Both the position numbers and the translations under genes were made by a program. A model generated the notes under the pieces. It did not search any database. It worked only from the letters and a program-made list of their open reading frames with translations, and was not told the DNA's origin. Below, piece by piece: positions 40,375 through 48,782 of a DNA stretch of 64,000 bases. The stretch comes from Candidatus Bathyarchaeota archaeon. Lineage in GTDB: Archaea; Thermoproteota; Bathyarchaeia; Bathyarchaeales; Bathycorpusculaceae. Location: positions 32,001 through 96,000 of the forward strand of contig CAWABA010000007.1 of NCBI GenBank assembly GCA_963780185.1, given 5' to 3'. How positions within the stretch are numbered: position 1 is the first letter of the stretch; every line of letters starts with the position of its first letter.

Positions 40375-41620
40375 TTCAGCGTCGACTGAACCGCGAAGAA
40401 TCAAGTTTACCTGAACTCAAAAGATTAGCACAATCCGCAGGGTACATTGTAGTCGCTGAAATGGAGCAAACACGATTACCTGACTCACGCTATCAGATAG
40501 GCGCGGGAAAAGTGGAAGAACTTGCCCAAATCGTGCAGGAAACAGGCGCTACCAAAGTAATTTTTGACAACCAACTGAAAACCCGCCAAACATACAATTT
40601 AGCGAAAGCCACACACGTCGAAGTAATCGACCGATTCGCGCTTATACTTGAAATCTTCAACAGACGAGCAACAACAACAGAAGCTCAACTTCAGATTCAA
40701 TTGGCTACCATGCGAAATGAGCTCAAACACGCCAAAGAAAAAGTCAGATTAGCCAAAGGAAGCGAGCAACCGGGCTTTATGGGTCTTGGAGCCTATGAAG
40801 CAGACGTTTACAGTGATGCCATAAAACGGCAAGTCCAAACAATTCTCAAGAAACTTGAAAAAATCAGAGAGAAAAGGGTTCTGCATCGGGAGAGGCGAAC
40901 AGAGCTTGGTTTCTTGACTATTTCGCTTGCTGGATATACAAAGTCTGGAAAAAGCTCCTTGTTTAATGCTTTAACCGAAGCAACCGTCGAAGTTGACAAA
41001 GCATTATTCACGACGCTTTCAACGACCACCAGAAAGCTGGAGTTTTCTAACCGAAAATTTCTTTTAACGGACACTGTTGGCTTCATTGACCGTCTGCCTA
41101 TAGCTTTGATTGAAGCGTTCCATTCTACTCTTGAAGAAACCATCTTTTCAGACTTAATCATACTGATTTTAGACTTAAGCGAGCCAATGGAGAAAATCGA
41201 GGAGAAGCATAACGTTTGCTTAGAAACAATCGACCGCTTGGGCGCATCAGGGATTCCAACCATAACCGCTCTAAACAAAATCGACTTGCTTACTGAAGAG
41301 GAAAGAAACCAAAAATTCGAAGCCCTCAAAGACAAAACCAAGAACCCGATTCTCCTATCCGCCAAGTGCCATACAAACCTTGATGAATTAAAACGGAAAA
41401 TTGTAGCGACTCTTGAAAAATATGTTCAAGCCCAATTTTCTGTCCCGTTAACCGAAAAAACTATGCCTTTTATCTCGTGGGTTCACGGGAAAACAGACGT
41501 GAAAAAAGAAAACTTCACTAACGATTCGGTTGAAATAGTCTTCGAGGCTACCCCCGAGTTAGTTGACCATGTGAGAAGAAAAGTGGCAGAATTAAATGGC
41601 AGATTCGAAACCAACCCCAA
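40359..41620 (+). CDS. hflX: GTPase HflX (in frame with downstream trm56; start uncertain)
   Basis: G.GKVEEL, DRF.LIL.IF, GYT..GKS.LFN.LT, LF.TL, DTVGFI, NKID. Confidence 0.9.
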
Positions 41621-42182
41621 AACCAATAGCACCCCTCAAGTCTTCGTGTTAAGATGGGGCCATCGACCCCAGCGGGACGTGCGACTAACCACCCACGTAG
41701 CCTTAACAGCACGGGCACTATGCGCTTCAGGCTTTATTCTTTCAGACGCAAAAGACCCCAACATAGAAGAAACCGTCAGAAAAATAACCAGCCGCTGGGG
41801 AGGGACATTCCATTTTGAAATGGGAACTCCATGGAAAAAAGCCGTCCGCGATTGGAAAGCCAAAGGCGGGGCAATCGTTCATTTAACGGCTTATGGGGAA
41901 AACATTCAGGGAAGCGATGTGCTAAGCAGGATTAAAAGTTCAGGCAAGGACATTTTGGTCGTGGTTGGTAGCCAGAAGGTTCCGGGCGACTTCTACTCAA
42001 GCGATGTATCGGACTTCAACGTCTCTGTTGGGAACCAGCCGCATTCAGAATGTGCCGCGCTTGCCGTTTTTCTGGACCGTTATTTTGAAGGTGAGGAATT
42101 AACAAGGGATTTTGATAAAGCCAAAATGAGGATTGTTCCAAAAGCAAGAGGAAAAGAGATCAAAAGCGACACGGATCCCTAA
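41596..42182 (+). CDS. trm56: tRNA (cytidine(56)-2'-O)-methyltransferase
   Basis: VLR.GHR..RD.R.TTHV.LTARA, VHLT.YG, VG..KVP, NQPHSE.AALA.FLD. Confidence 0.92.
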
Positions 42183-42192
42183 TTTGTCCTTT

Positions 42193-42318
42193 TCAATTTT
42201 CAAGCGAAGTTCCAATGTTTTTAGGCGAATGGAGGCTAGGCATCCTAATCTGCCGAAAGCCCTTTTTGGCAAGGGTCTTAACAATTTTCTGCCAAGAGAG
42301 CATAGGGAGCTTCGACAA
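42193..42318 (-). pseudogene. truncated HicA toxin
   Basis: TTG-SKLPMLSWQKIVKTLAKKGFRQIR then diverges, lacking the GSH motif; overlaps the hicB end. Confidence 0.6.
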
Positions 42319-42520
42319 CTACTTCAGCCTTTTCAACTTTGACTTTCTTCTTGAGAAGTTGAGCTTTGACTTCCAAGTAACCTTCTATCGCTTCCTTAAT
42401 GTTCTTTAACGCTTCTTCCCGTGTCTCGCCCTGAGACGCAACTGGAAGCTCAGTAGATTTAACTACAAAGCCCCCTTCTTCGGCGGCTTCAAGCAATACG
42501 GCATATCTACGAGTTGCCAT
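42278..42520 (-). CDS. hicB: HicB-family antitoxin
   Basis: EEGGF.V...LP.ASQGETREEAL.NIKEAIE.YL. Confidence 0.88.
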   Translation of the reverse strand: MATRRYAVLLEAAEEGGFVVKSTELPVASQGETREEALKNIKEAIEGYLEVKAQLLKKKVKVEKAEVVVEAPYALLAENC

Positions 42521-42683
42521 CTGTTCCACCGACATTAACATCAATTGTGAACGATAAGAACCTATCTCAACGCTATAGACGAGACTTTTGCTTGAAATGC
42601 TCAAGTTTTCGGCGTCAATGATAGAATTTTCAAAGCGAAAATAGACATAATTTGACGCCTAAAACTGCGTGATGTTCAATGAC

Positions 42684-42752
42684 TGGCGGGCGGGGAGGGA
42701 TTTGGACCTTCGACCCCAACTCAGACGAATGGTGCTCTATCCAAATTGAGTA
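42684..42752 (-). pseudogene. degenerate tRNA remnant
   Basis: Minus strand CTCAATTTGGATAGAGCA (D arm) and GAAGGTCCAAATCCCTCCCCGCCCGCCA (T arm and 3' end); anticodon arm and 5' acceptor strand are broken. Confidence 0.6.
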
Positions 42753-42883
42753 GAAAACCAAGCCCAAAAAACCTAACCTGCCGCCGAGAAAGTCGCAGCG
42801 CCCATACGCGACAATAACTTCAACATAGCGCCCATGTTGAAAGTCGCATTCCGCCCATCCCAAATGGGCAGCCCGCAACACAA

Positions 42884-42917
42884 TTCAAGCCCTAAACCAA
42901 AAAAGCAACCCAAAACA
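42884..42917 (+). repeat. 34-bp dispersed repeat, copy B
   Basis: TTCAAGCCCTAAACCAAAAAAGCAACCCAAAACA; matches 33009-33042. Confidence 0.7.
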
Positions 42918-43086
42918 CAAAAAACCAACGCGGAAAGTCTCAACTTTCACCAAACCAAAAGTCTCAACTTAAAAAAAACAGAAAAACCAAACCACAAAAC
43001 CCAAGAAAAACCCTTCCAAGCAGTTGCAGAAGCAAACTTTGATTAGGGACAGTTACACATACCACTAATTGGCAAGGTGCCTTCAA

Positions 43087-43662
43087 ATGAGTTTATCCCC
43101 TATCAAAAAAGAAATACTGGAAACCCTGTCGCGTAACGACAAAGCAGTGAAAGCTACAGATGTGGCCAAAGAAAGCGGCAAAGACTTCAAGCCAACCATG
43201 ATGCATATCCTGGGACTCGTACGCATGGGATACGTAAACTCACCTGAAAAGGGACTATACGCTGTAACTCAGAAGGGCAGGGAAGCTCTGCAGAACCCAG
43301 AAACCAGCAAAGAAAAAGCTGAGGCGATTCTCTCTTATGCACCGCATGAAAAAGCATTCCACTTCTACGCGGACGTTGGGAAACCGCTCAATCTGCATGC
43401 TCATAACCTTCGGGACTTCGCAAACAAAGTTGAAAGAGCCGACGTAGCATCCGTGCAGTTTCACATGAGACGCGGCGACTTTGAAGCATGGTTCATCGGA
43501 CTCGGAGACGCGGACCTAGCCAAAAAAATTGCTGCTCTGAAAGAGAAAAACGTGGTTGGAGAGGAGCTTCGCAGCCAACTTCACGAAACCGTTGAGCAAC
43601 GATACATAGAACTAGGCAAAGCTGGCAGGCCAAACCATCTGTCCCGAGTAAGCTTGCCCTAA
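43087..43662 (+). CDS. wHTH plus DUF5752-like domain protein
   Basis: N-terminal wHTH; AFHFY...G.P....A.NL..F, FH..RGDF..W....GD..LA; C-terminus may be frameshifted near 43618. Confidence 0.75.
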   Translation: MSLSPIKKEILETLSRNDKAVKATDVAKESGKDFKPTMMHILGLVRMGYVNSPEKGLYAVTQKGREALQNPETSKEKAEAILSYAPHEKAFHFYADVGKPLNLHAHNLRDFANKVERADVASVQFHMRRGDFEAWFIGLGDADLAKKIAALKEKNVVGEELRSQLHETVEQRYIELGKAGRPNHLSRVSLP

Positions 43663-43825
43663 GTTTTTTCTCTATTGCAGTTAAGCGTTTCTCCAGTTTC
43701 TGGTGTACCTGCTGAATTGTTGTGTACTCTTGGCTGCAAATTCAATTTTTTCGTAAATCCAAGGCTAACTAAGGAAAATATGAAATATGCAGATGCAAAT
43801 ATGAGGTAGCTGAGGGAGCGCCAAG

Positions 43826-44326
43826 TTGAGTGAAGTTAGAACGATTTCGGTGAAGATACCAGAGCAAGTTTACCAGGAGATGGCTCTGCGGATTCCAGAA
43901 GGAGACAGAAGCAGCTTCATCAGGGAAGCCATAAGCGAAAAACTCGAAAAAACCCCCAAAGCAGACAAAGTTTTGGCTTTGGAAGAGCGGATGGGTATGA
44001 TCGAGGGGGAGCTTGGGCAAATAAAAAAGTACCTTGCCGACTTGGAGCTTCTGACGTTTCAGCATGGAAAAACCAACCCGCATAGCTTCTGCCTCGACGA
44101 GGTAGACCACAAAATCATGGAGTACCTCACGCACTACAAAGGCGCAACCACGCCTGAGCTGGCGGAGTACCTGAAAACTAATCGGTGGCTCGTGCTTAAC
44201 CATCTGAGGCGAATCCAGAAAACCTCAAGAAAACAAGCTGGAAAATCCGTCATTGAGTACTATGCGGGGGAACGCTCGGGCAAGAAGAAGGCTTGGTGGG
44301 TAGACGAAGAATTAATCCAGGAATAG
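43826..44326 (+). CDS. ribbon-helix-helix plus HTH DNA-binding protein
   Basis: TISVKIPE...RSSFIREAI.EKL; GATTPELAE.L. Confidence 0.75.
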   Translation: MSEVRTISVKIPEQVYQEMALRIPEGDRSSFIREAISEKLEKTPKADKVLALEERMGMIEGELGQIKKYLADLELLTFQHGKTNPHSFCLDEVDHKIMEYLTHYKGATTPELAEYLKTNRWLVLNHLRRIQKTSRKQAGKSVIEYYAGERSGKKKAWWVDEELIQE

Positions 44327-44378
44327 CCGCGGTTACCTTTAAATTAATTGAATGTTTCGTTTGGTTGTGTGTGGCTGT

Positions 44379-44457
44379 GGGCTCGTAGTCTAGTACGGAT
44401 TAAGGCATCGGCCTCCGGAGCCGAGAATCCTGGGTTCAAATCCCAGCGGGCCCGCCA
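44379..44457 (+). tRNA. tRNA-Arg(CCG)
   Basis: Acceptor GGGCTCG/CGGGCCC-G-CCA, anticodon arm TCGGC-CTCCGGA-GCCGA, T arm CTGGG-TTCAAAT-CCCAG. Confidence 0.95.
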
Positions 44458-44532
44458 GCTTTTTCTTTAAGCAAAAAATTTGGAGCCGCTTAACACACTG
44501 ACGCATCCTTTGTTCGAATGAATTTTTGCGTT

Positions 44533-45282
44533 TTAGCTCGCAAATTTGCGCCCAAGTCGGTACAGCGTCAGTCCAGTGAGAGCCCACCATGCGAACAGCA
44601 ATATCCCGCCGACAATAGCAAACGCTGCCAGCCACGCATTGTTCGTTGACGCGAGGGCTAAGCTGATGTAGTTGCCGAGTACGAGGATGTTCCCGGCAAG
44701 CCCCAAGTAAGCGGTTGCTTTGTTGAAGACGTTGCCCCGAAGCATCGCAACTGACACGATCAAGCCTGCGATGACTACGAGGAAGAAACCCATGCTATAG
44801 AAAAGGCCATACTGGCTTACTGAATTTAGCGCTTGCCCCGACTCCAAAAAGGCTGTTCTTTGAGATTCAGTTGTTGCTGCTGCGTACAGGTCGCTGAGGT
44901 AAAGCATGGCGAGGGCTGAGTTCGTTGCCCAGTATGAGGCTATACCCGCAAACACGAAGGGTACAGCGACGGCAACATGTTTTTCATGGGTTCTTCTTAG
45001 GGCAAAGAAGAGTGCAACAAACATTGGTCCGAGGAGAGCTACTATGACAGCATCCAAGACTGCATAATCCAGCAGCCCTAAGATTCTGTTGTTCTCGAAA
45101 AGCGTGAACCAGCCGAGCACTGTCGTGGGAGGCGGCCAAATCGTCACAACGACGAATTCGAATATCACTATAGCCACCGCACCAAAGGCTGCAACTCCCC
45201 CAACCAAATATATCCCCTGCCGCCGAGGATCAACCGTTTCAAAACATTCATCGTTAAGTCTGCTTTCTTCAAGTTTTTTCAT
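44533..45282 (-). CDS. DUF4386-like membrane protein
   Basis: PPPTT..GWF.LF.NN..LGLL, ML.LS..YAAATTE.Q; paralog of the next gene. Confidence 0.75.
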   Translation of the reverse strand: MKKLEESRLNDECFETVDPRRQGIYLVGGVAAFGAVAIVIFEFVVVTIWPPPTTVLGWFTLFENNRILGLLDYAVLDAVIVALLGPMFVALFFALRRTHEKHVAVAVPFVFAGIASYWATNSALAMLYLSDLYAAATTESQRTAFLESGQALNSVSQYGLFYSMGFFLVVIAGLIVSVAMLRGNVFNKATAYLGLAGNILVLGNYISLALASTNNAWLAAFAIVGGILLFAWWALTGLTLYRLGRKFAS

Positions 45283-46058
45283 TGCAGTTTCACCTCTGCC
45301 TTGATCGTCGCCGATTTCTTGATTTCCTCGCCCTCACGATTCAGGTTGAACAGTCTCAGCGCAAACAAGATCAACCAAGCCTCCAAAAACAAGAAAGAGA
45401 CACCAATGGCTACGATCTCGGCTGTGTCCGATAGGAACGCCACTGCAATTGATCCTAACGCGACTGTGTTCGCCATGATTCCCGCGAACCCGACTGGCTT
45501 ACTGAAGATGCCGCTGCGTATCATGACAACGGAAATTATTATTCCCCAGACCGAGAAGAAGATGTAACCCAAATAATCATTCGTAACGTTGAACAGAGTG
45601 AACAGGGCTTGCCCTGCAGCTAGATAAATGGTTTTCTGCGCCTCTGTCGTGGCAGCTGCATACTGGTTGCTTAGAGAAAGCATGCAAAACGCGGTATTTG
45701 ATACCAAGTAAATGGTGTTGCCCGTGAAGGCAACAGCGGTGGCTATTGTCATCCATGATCGGCTGATTCGTCTAAGGGCAACGTAAAGGGCAAGGAAGAC
45801 GGGGATGAAAAAGACAAAACCAATTAGATCCAAGAGATAATAATCGAAAAGCCCGAGAAGTCTGTTGTTTTGAAAGAGTGCAAAGTACCCTATTACTGTC
45901 GTCGGAGGGAACCAAATGGAAAAGCCGATAGTTTCAATTAGCCACAAAACAAATATTGTTAAGGCGGCTATTGCCCCAATTTTGTAGAGGCTTCTCCACT
46001 CGGAATCAACTGGCGGGCTATCCATTTTTTCAAGTCGAATGCCTTTTATTATTTTCAT
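45279..46058 (-). CDS. DUF4386-like membrane protein
   Basis: PPTT..GYF.LFQNN.LLGL, ML.LS.QYAAATTEAQK; tandem paralog. Confidence 0.75.
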   Translation of the reverse strand: MKIIKGIRLEKMDSPPVDSEWRSLYKIGAIAALTIFVLWLIETIGFSIWFPPTTVIGYFALFQNNRLLGLFDYYLLDLIGFVFFIPVFLALYVALRRISRSWMTIATAVAFTGNTIYLVSNTAFCMLSLSNQYAAATTEAQKTIYLAAGQALFTLFNVTNDYLGYIFFSVWGIIISVVMIRSGIFSKPVGFAGIMANTVALGSIAVAFLSDTAEIVAIGVSFLFLEAWLILFALRLFNLNREGEEIKKSATIKAEVKLQ

Positions 46059-46308
46059 TCTTGATTCTCCTTTTCGACAGGTGGAACTGTTTCTTGATTT
46101 CTTCCTCATGGAGGTTTATTCTCAACGAACCTTTTGTTCCAAGAACTTCCAAGATTTCGCCTTCAGCAAAAGTAGCCTCTGCCAGTTTGCCCAATGTCCC
46201 TTCCAAGAGAACGGTATCTGAAGGGCCGTTGGACAAGTTGACATTTCTGAGCTGAGCCTTTGATTTGAGCTCAATTGAGAAGTTACGTTCCTGTTCAACT
46301 GGTTCCAT
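46030..46308 (-). CDS. small hypothetical protein
   Basis: FSIELKSK..L.NV, VL.EGTLG.L, ILEV.G.KG.LRI. Confidence 0.65.
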   Translation of the reverse strand: MEPVEQERNFSIELKSKAQLRNVNLSNGPSDTVLLEGTLGKLAEATFAEGEILEVLGTKGSLRINLHEEEIKKQFHLSKRRIKNENNKRHST

Positions 46309-46412
46309 TTTTCTTCGCCATCTATTTTCCTATCTTCGACAGAGCAGATTAGTTTTATTTGCTCGTAATGTGCAATTGTACACAGCGATGTTAACACTTT
46401 CAGGTGGCAGTG

Positions 46413-47149
46413 ATGGAAAATCCAGAAGGAATAGAAAAGCTCTACTTTGAGCTTGCAAGCGAGAGCAGACTAAGCGTACTGCGACAGATAAACAAACATG
46501 AAAGCAAAATGAGGGAGTGCTCGCTAAGAAACTCGATTTGAACACTACTGAGACTTTTCGGCAACTGCAACGCTTGAAAGAAGCTCTGCTCATTGAGAAA
46601 AAACCTGAAGGCACGTACGGCATCACAGAGTACGGGAGAATTGTTTTGCAGCTTTCATCATCCTACGAATTCATCTTCAAAAATAAGGCGTACTTTGTGA
46701 CCCATGACTTTAGGTGGCTTCCATATCAATACCTTTACAGAATAGGAGAACTTAATTCGGCGGCTCTATTCAGCGACACTGTAGCGAACATAAACACGGT
46801 TTTAGACTTAACGAAAGCGGGGCAGTACATGTGGGGAGGCGGCCCCGAACAGCCCCTCAACCTAAGACCGATACTTCTTGAAAACATCTCTAAAGGAGCC
46901 ACTTACAGGTTCCTTTTTCCCAAACGATTCATCGCCGCAAGAAAGCCCGAAACGGCAGCAGCAATTGAGTGGAGAAGCGTCGAAGACCTCCCAGCCAGTA
47001 TCATATTGACTGAAAAAGGAGCTGGCATATGCTTCCCTCTGGTCGGGGGAAAAGTAGATTACGCGGGTTTCGGAGGGCAAGACCCAGTGTTCATGAACTG
47101 GGTAAAAGACCTTTTCTTGTATTACTGGGAAAAGGCACAGAAAACTTAA
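46413..47149 (+). CDS. ArsR-like HTH regulator, split by a frameshift at ~46518
   Basis: MENPEGIEKLYFELASESRL.. from ATG 46413 joins LAKKLDL..TE..RQL.RL if 2 nt are removed. Confidence 0.75.
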
Positions 47150-47202
47150 GCGCTCAAAACTGAGTCAAAAATTCGCTTAAGCTCGTCCCAGCGGGCTCGC
47201 CA

Positions 47203-48527
47203 ACTACCGTTTTCCAAGAAAATAAGGTAATAGTTGAGGGCTATTTGGTCTTTTTTATGCAAGCAAGTGACTTATCACGGTGAGGATTGTGTTTGAGGGT
47301 ACTGCGAAGCCGAGTCCGTCTGAGTTGCTAACGATTGCGGTTGTCATGCCGATTACTTGTCCGCCATAGGTCATTAGTGGGCCGCCTGAGTTGCCTGAGT
47401 TTATGGGTGCGCTGGTCTGTATGAGACCTGTCATGTCATAGGCGCTGCCTGAGTCTTGTGTGACGGTTATGGTGCGGTTAAGTGAACTGATTATGCCTGT
47501 TGTCATTGTTCCTGTCAGTCCGTATGGGCTGCCTATTGCTACTACTGCGTCGCCTACCTCAAGAGTTGATGAGCTTGCGATTTCTAGTGGATGGTATTCG
47601 CTTTCGGGGGCGCTACATGAGAGTACTGCGATGTCTGTGGTTGAGTCTGCGCCTAGGACTTTGGCGTTATACTTGTTTCCGTCTGTGAATGTTACTGTTA
47701 TGGTGGTTGCGCTTTCGATTACGTGATGGTTCGTGATGATGACCATTTCTCCGTTATATTGGTAGACGAATCCTGACCCTTGTACTATTTCGGTTGTTGC
47801 TGTTTGTCCGCCCCATGGAATGGAAGTGGATTCGGTGATAGTGCATTTTATTGTAACGACTGCGTTTTCTACTTCTGCGTATAGGGCTGAAAGTGATGTG
47901 CTTGTGGTGTTTACGTATGCAGCGGTTGTGACGTCGTTTGCGGTTGCTGCGGATTGCAGGGTACTTATTTCGCTTTGAAGTGAGGTTACTTGCACGTTTA
48001 GGGTGTATACGCTGTATATGCTAATTGCGCTGACGAAGCTTGCAGCTAATGAGTACTATCAGCAGGATTGCTGGTAGGGCGTGTTTGCGAGTCTGTTTTG
48101 TGGGGCTATGCTGTGGTTGTGTTGTTGTGTATGCGGGTGAATGTTCTGGTGGCGTTGGTGGCGCTTGTATAGTTAGGCTATTTTCTGGAGTTGATGGCTC
48201 TGGCGGAGCTGGCGAGGTCTCTGTAACTTCCTGTGTTTGTAGGGTTTGTGGAGTTTCGGTTTGTGTTTCGGGTGTTGATTCCATTTCTTGCACCTCCCAT
48301 TACTTTTGTTTTTGATCCAAACTTACCTGAGTGAAATGTTATTAAGGAATTTTCCAACATTGCATCCCACTCTCGTCCAGAACAATGGCAAATTATGCCC
48401 AAATTAAACCGCAAAAAACAGAAACCTAAAAAGTGTAGTGACCCAATCGGCTTCACCATTCGTTTTGTCCCTATTTCTAGACAGATTCGCTTAATATTTT
48501 AAACGAATCCCAGCAGCGGGCCCGCCA
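47203..48527. mobile_element. tRNA-Arg-anchored islet 2 (no integrase)
   Basis: Ends in AATCCCAGCAGCGGGCCCGCCA at 48506-48527, the tRNA 3' end with a CAG duplication. Confidence 0.6.
47255..48284 (-). CDS. membrane-anchored HtrA-like serine protease without PDZ, frameshift at ~48048
   Basis: TNHHV, DIAVL, GNSGGPL; the Pro/Thr-rich N-terminus and TM helix rejoin if 1 nt is removed; GGAGGTG before ATG 48284. Confidence 0.8.
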
Positions 48528-48639
48528 CCTGCTTTTAGATGAAAAGGAACTTCTATTTTACTACTTTAGAAAGGTGCCTCAAGCCCAGCGTTAAGCTCCT
48601 CCTCAACCAAAACTTTTCTGGGAGACGCTTAATCCAAGT

Positions 48640-48758
48640 CTATTTGGCTCTGCTAGATGCTTCTATTTGGTTCCTATAGGAAACCGTAGGGGGCTGGGTA
48701 CGAAAAAAGAAAACTCACAGGGCGGGCTAAGCAATTGTTGTTGATGATGGAGCATTTT
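48640..48758 (+). repeat. dispersed intergenic element, copy 2
   Basis: CTATTTGGCTCTGCTAGATGCTTCTATTTGGTTCCTATAGGAAACCGTAGGGGG..CGAAAAAAGAAAA..GCTAAGC..TTGTTGTTGATGATGGAG. Confidence 0.88.
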
Positions 48759-48782
48759 TGGTTAATTGAACGTGCGGCTAAC

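Larger units (their letters stand above)
44458..47202. mobile_element. tRNA-Arg-anchored islet 1 (no integrase)
   Basis: Ends in the tRNA 3'-end copy TCCCAGCGGGCTCGCCA at 47186-47202. Confidence 0.6.
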
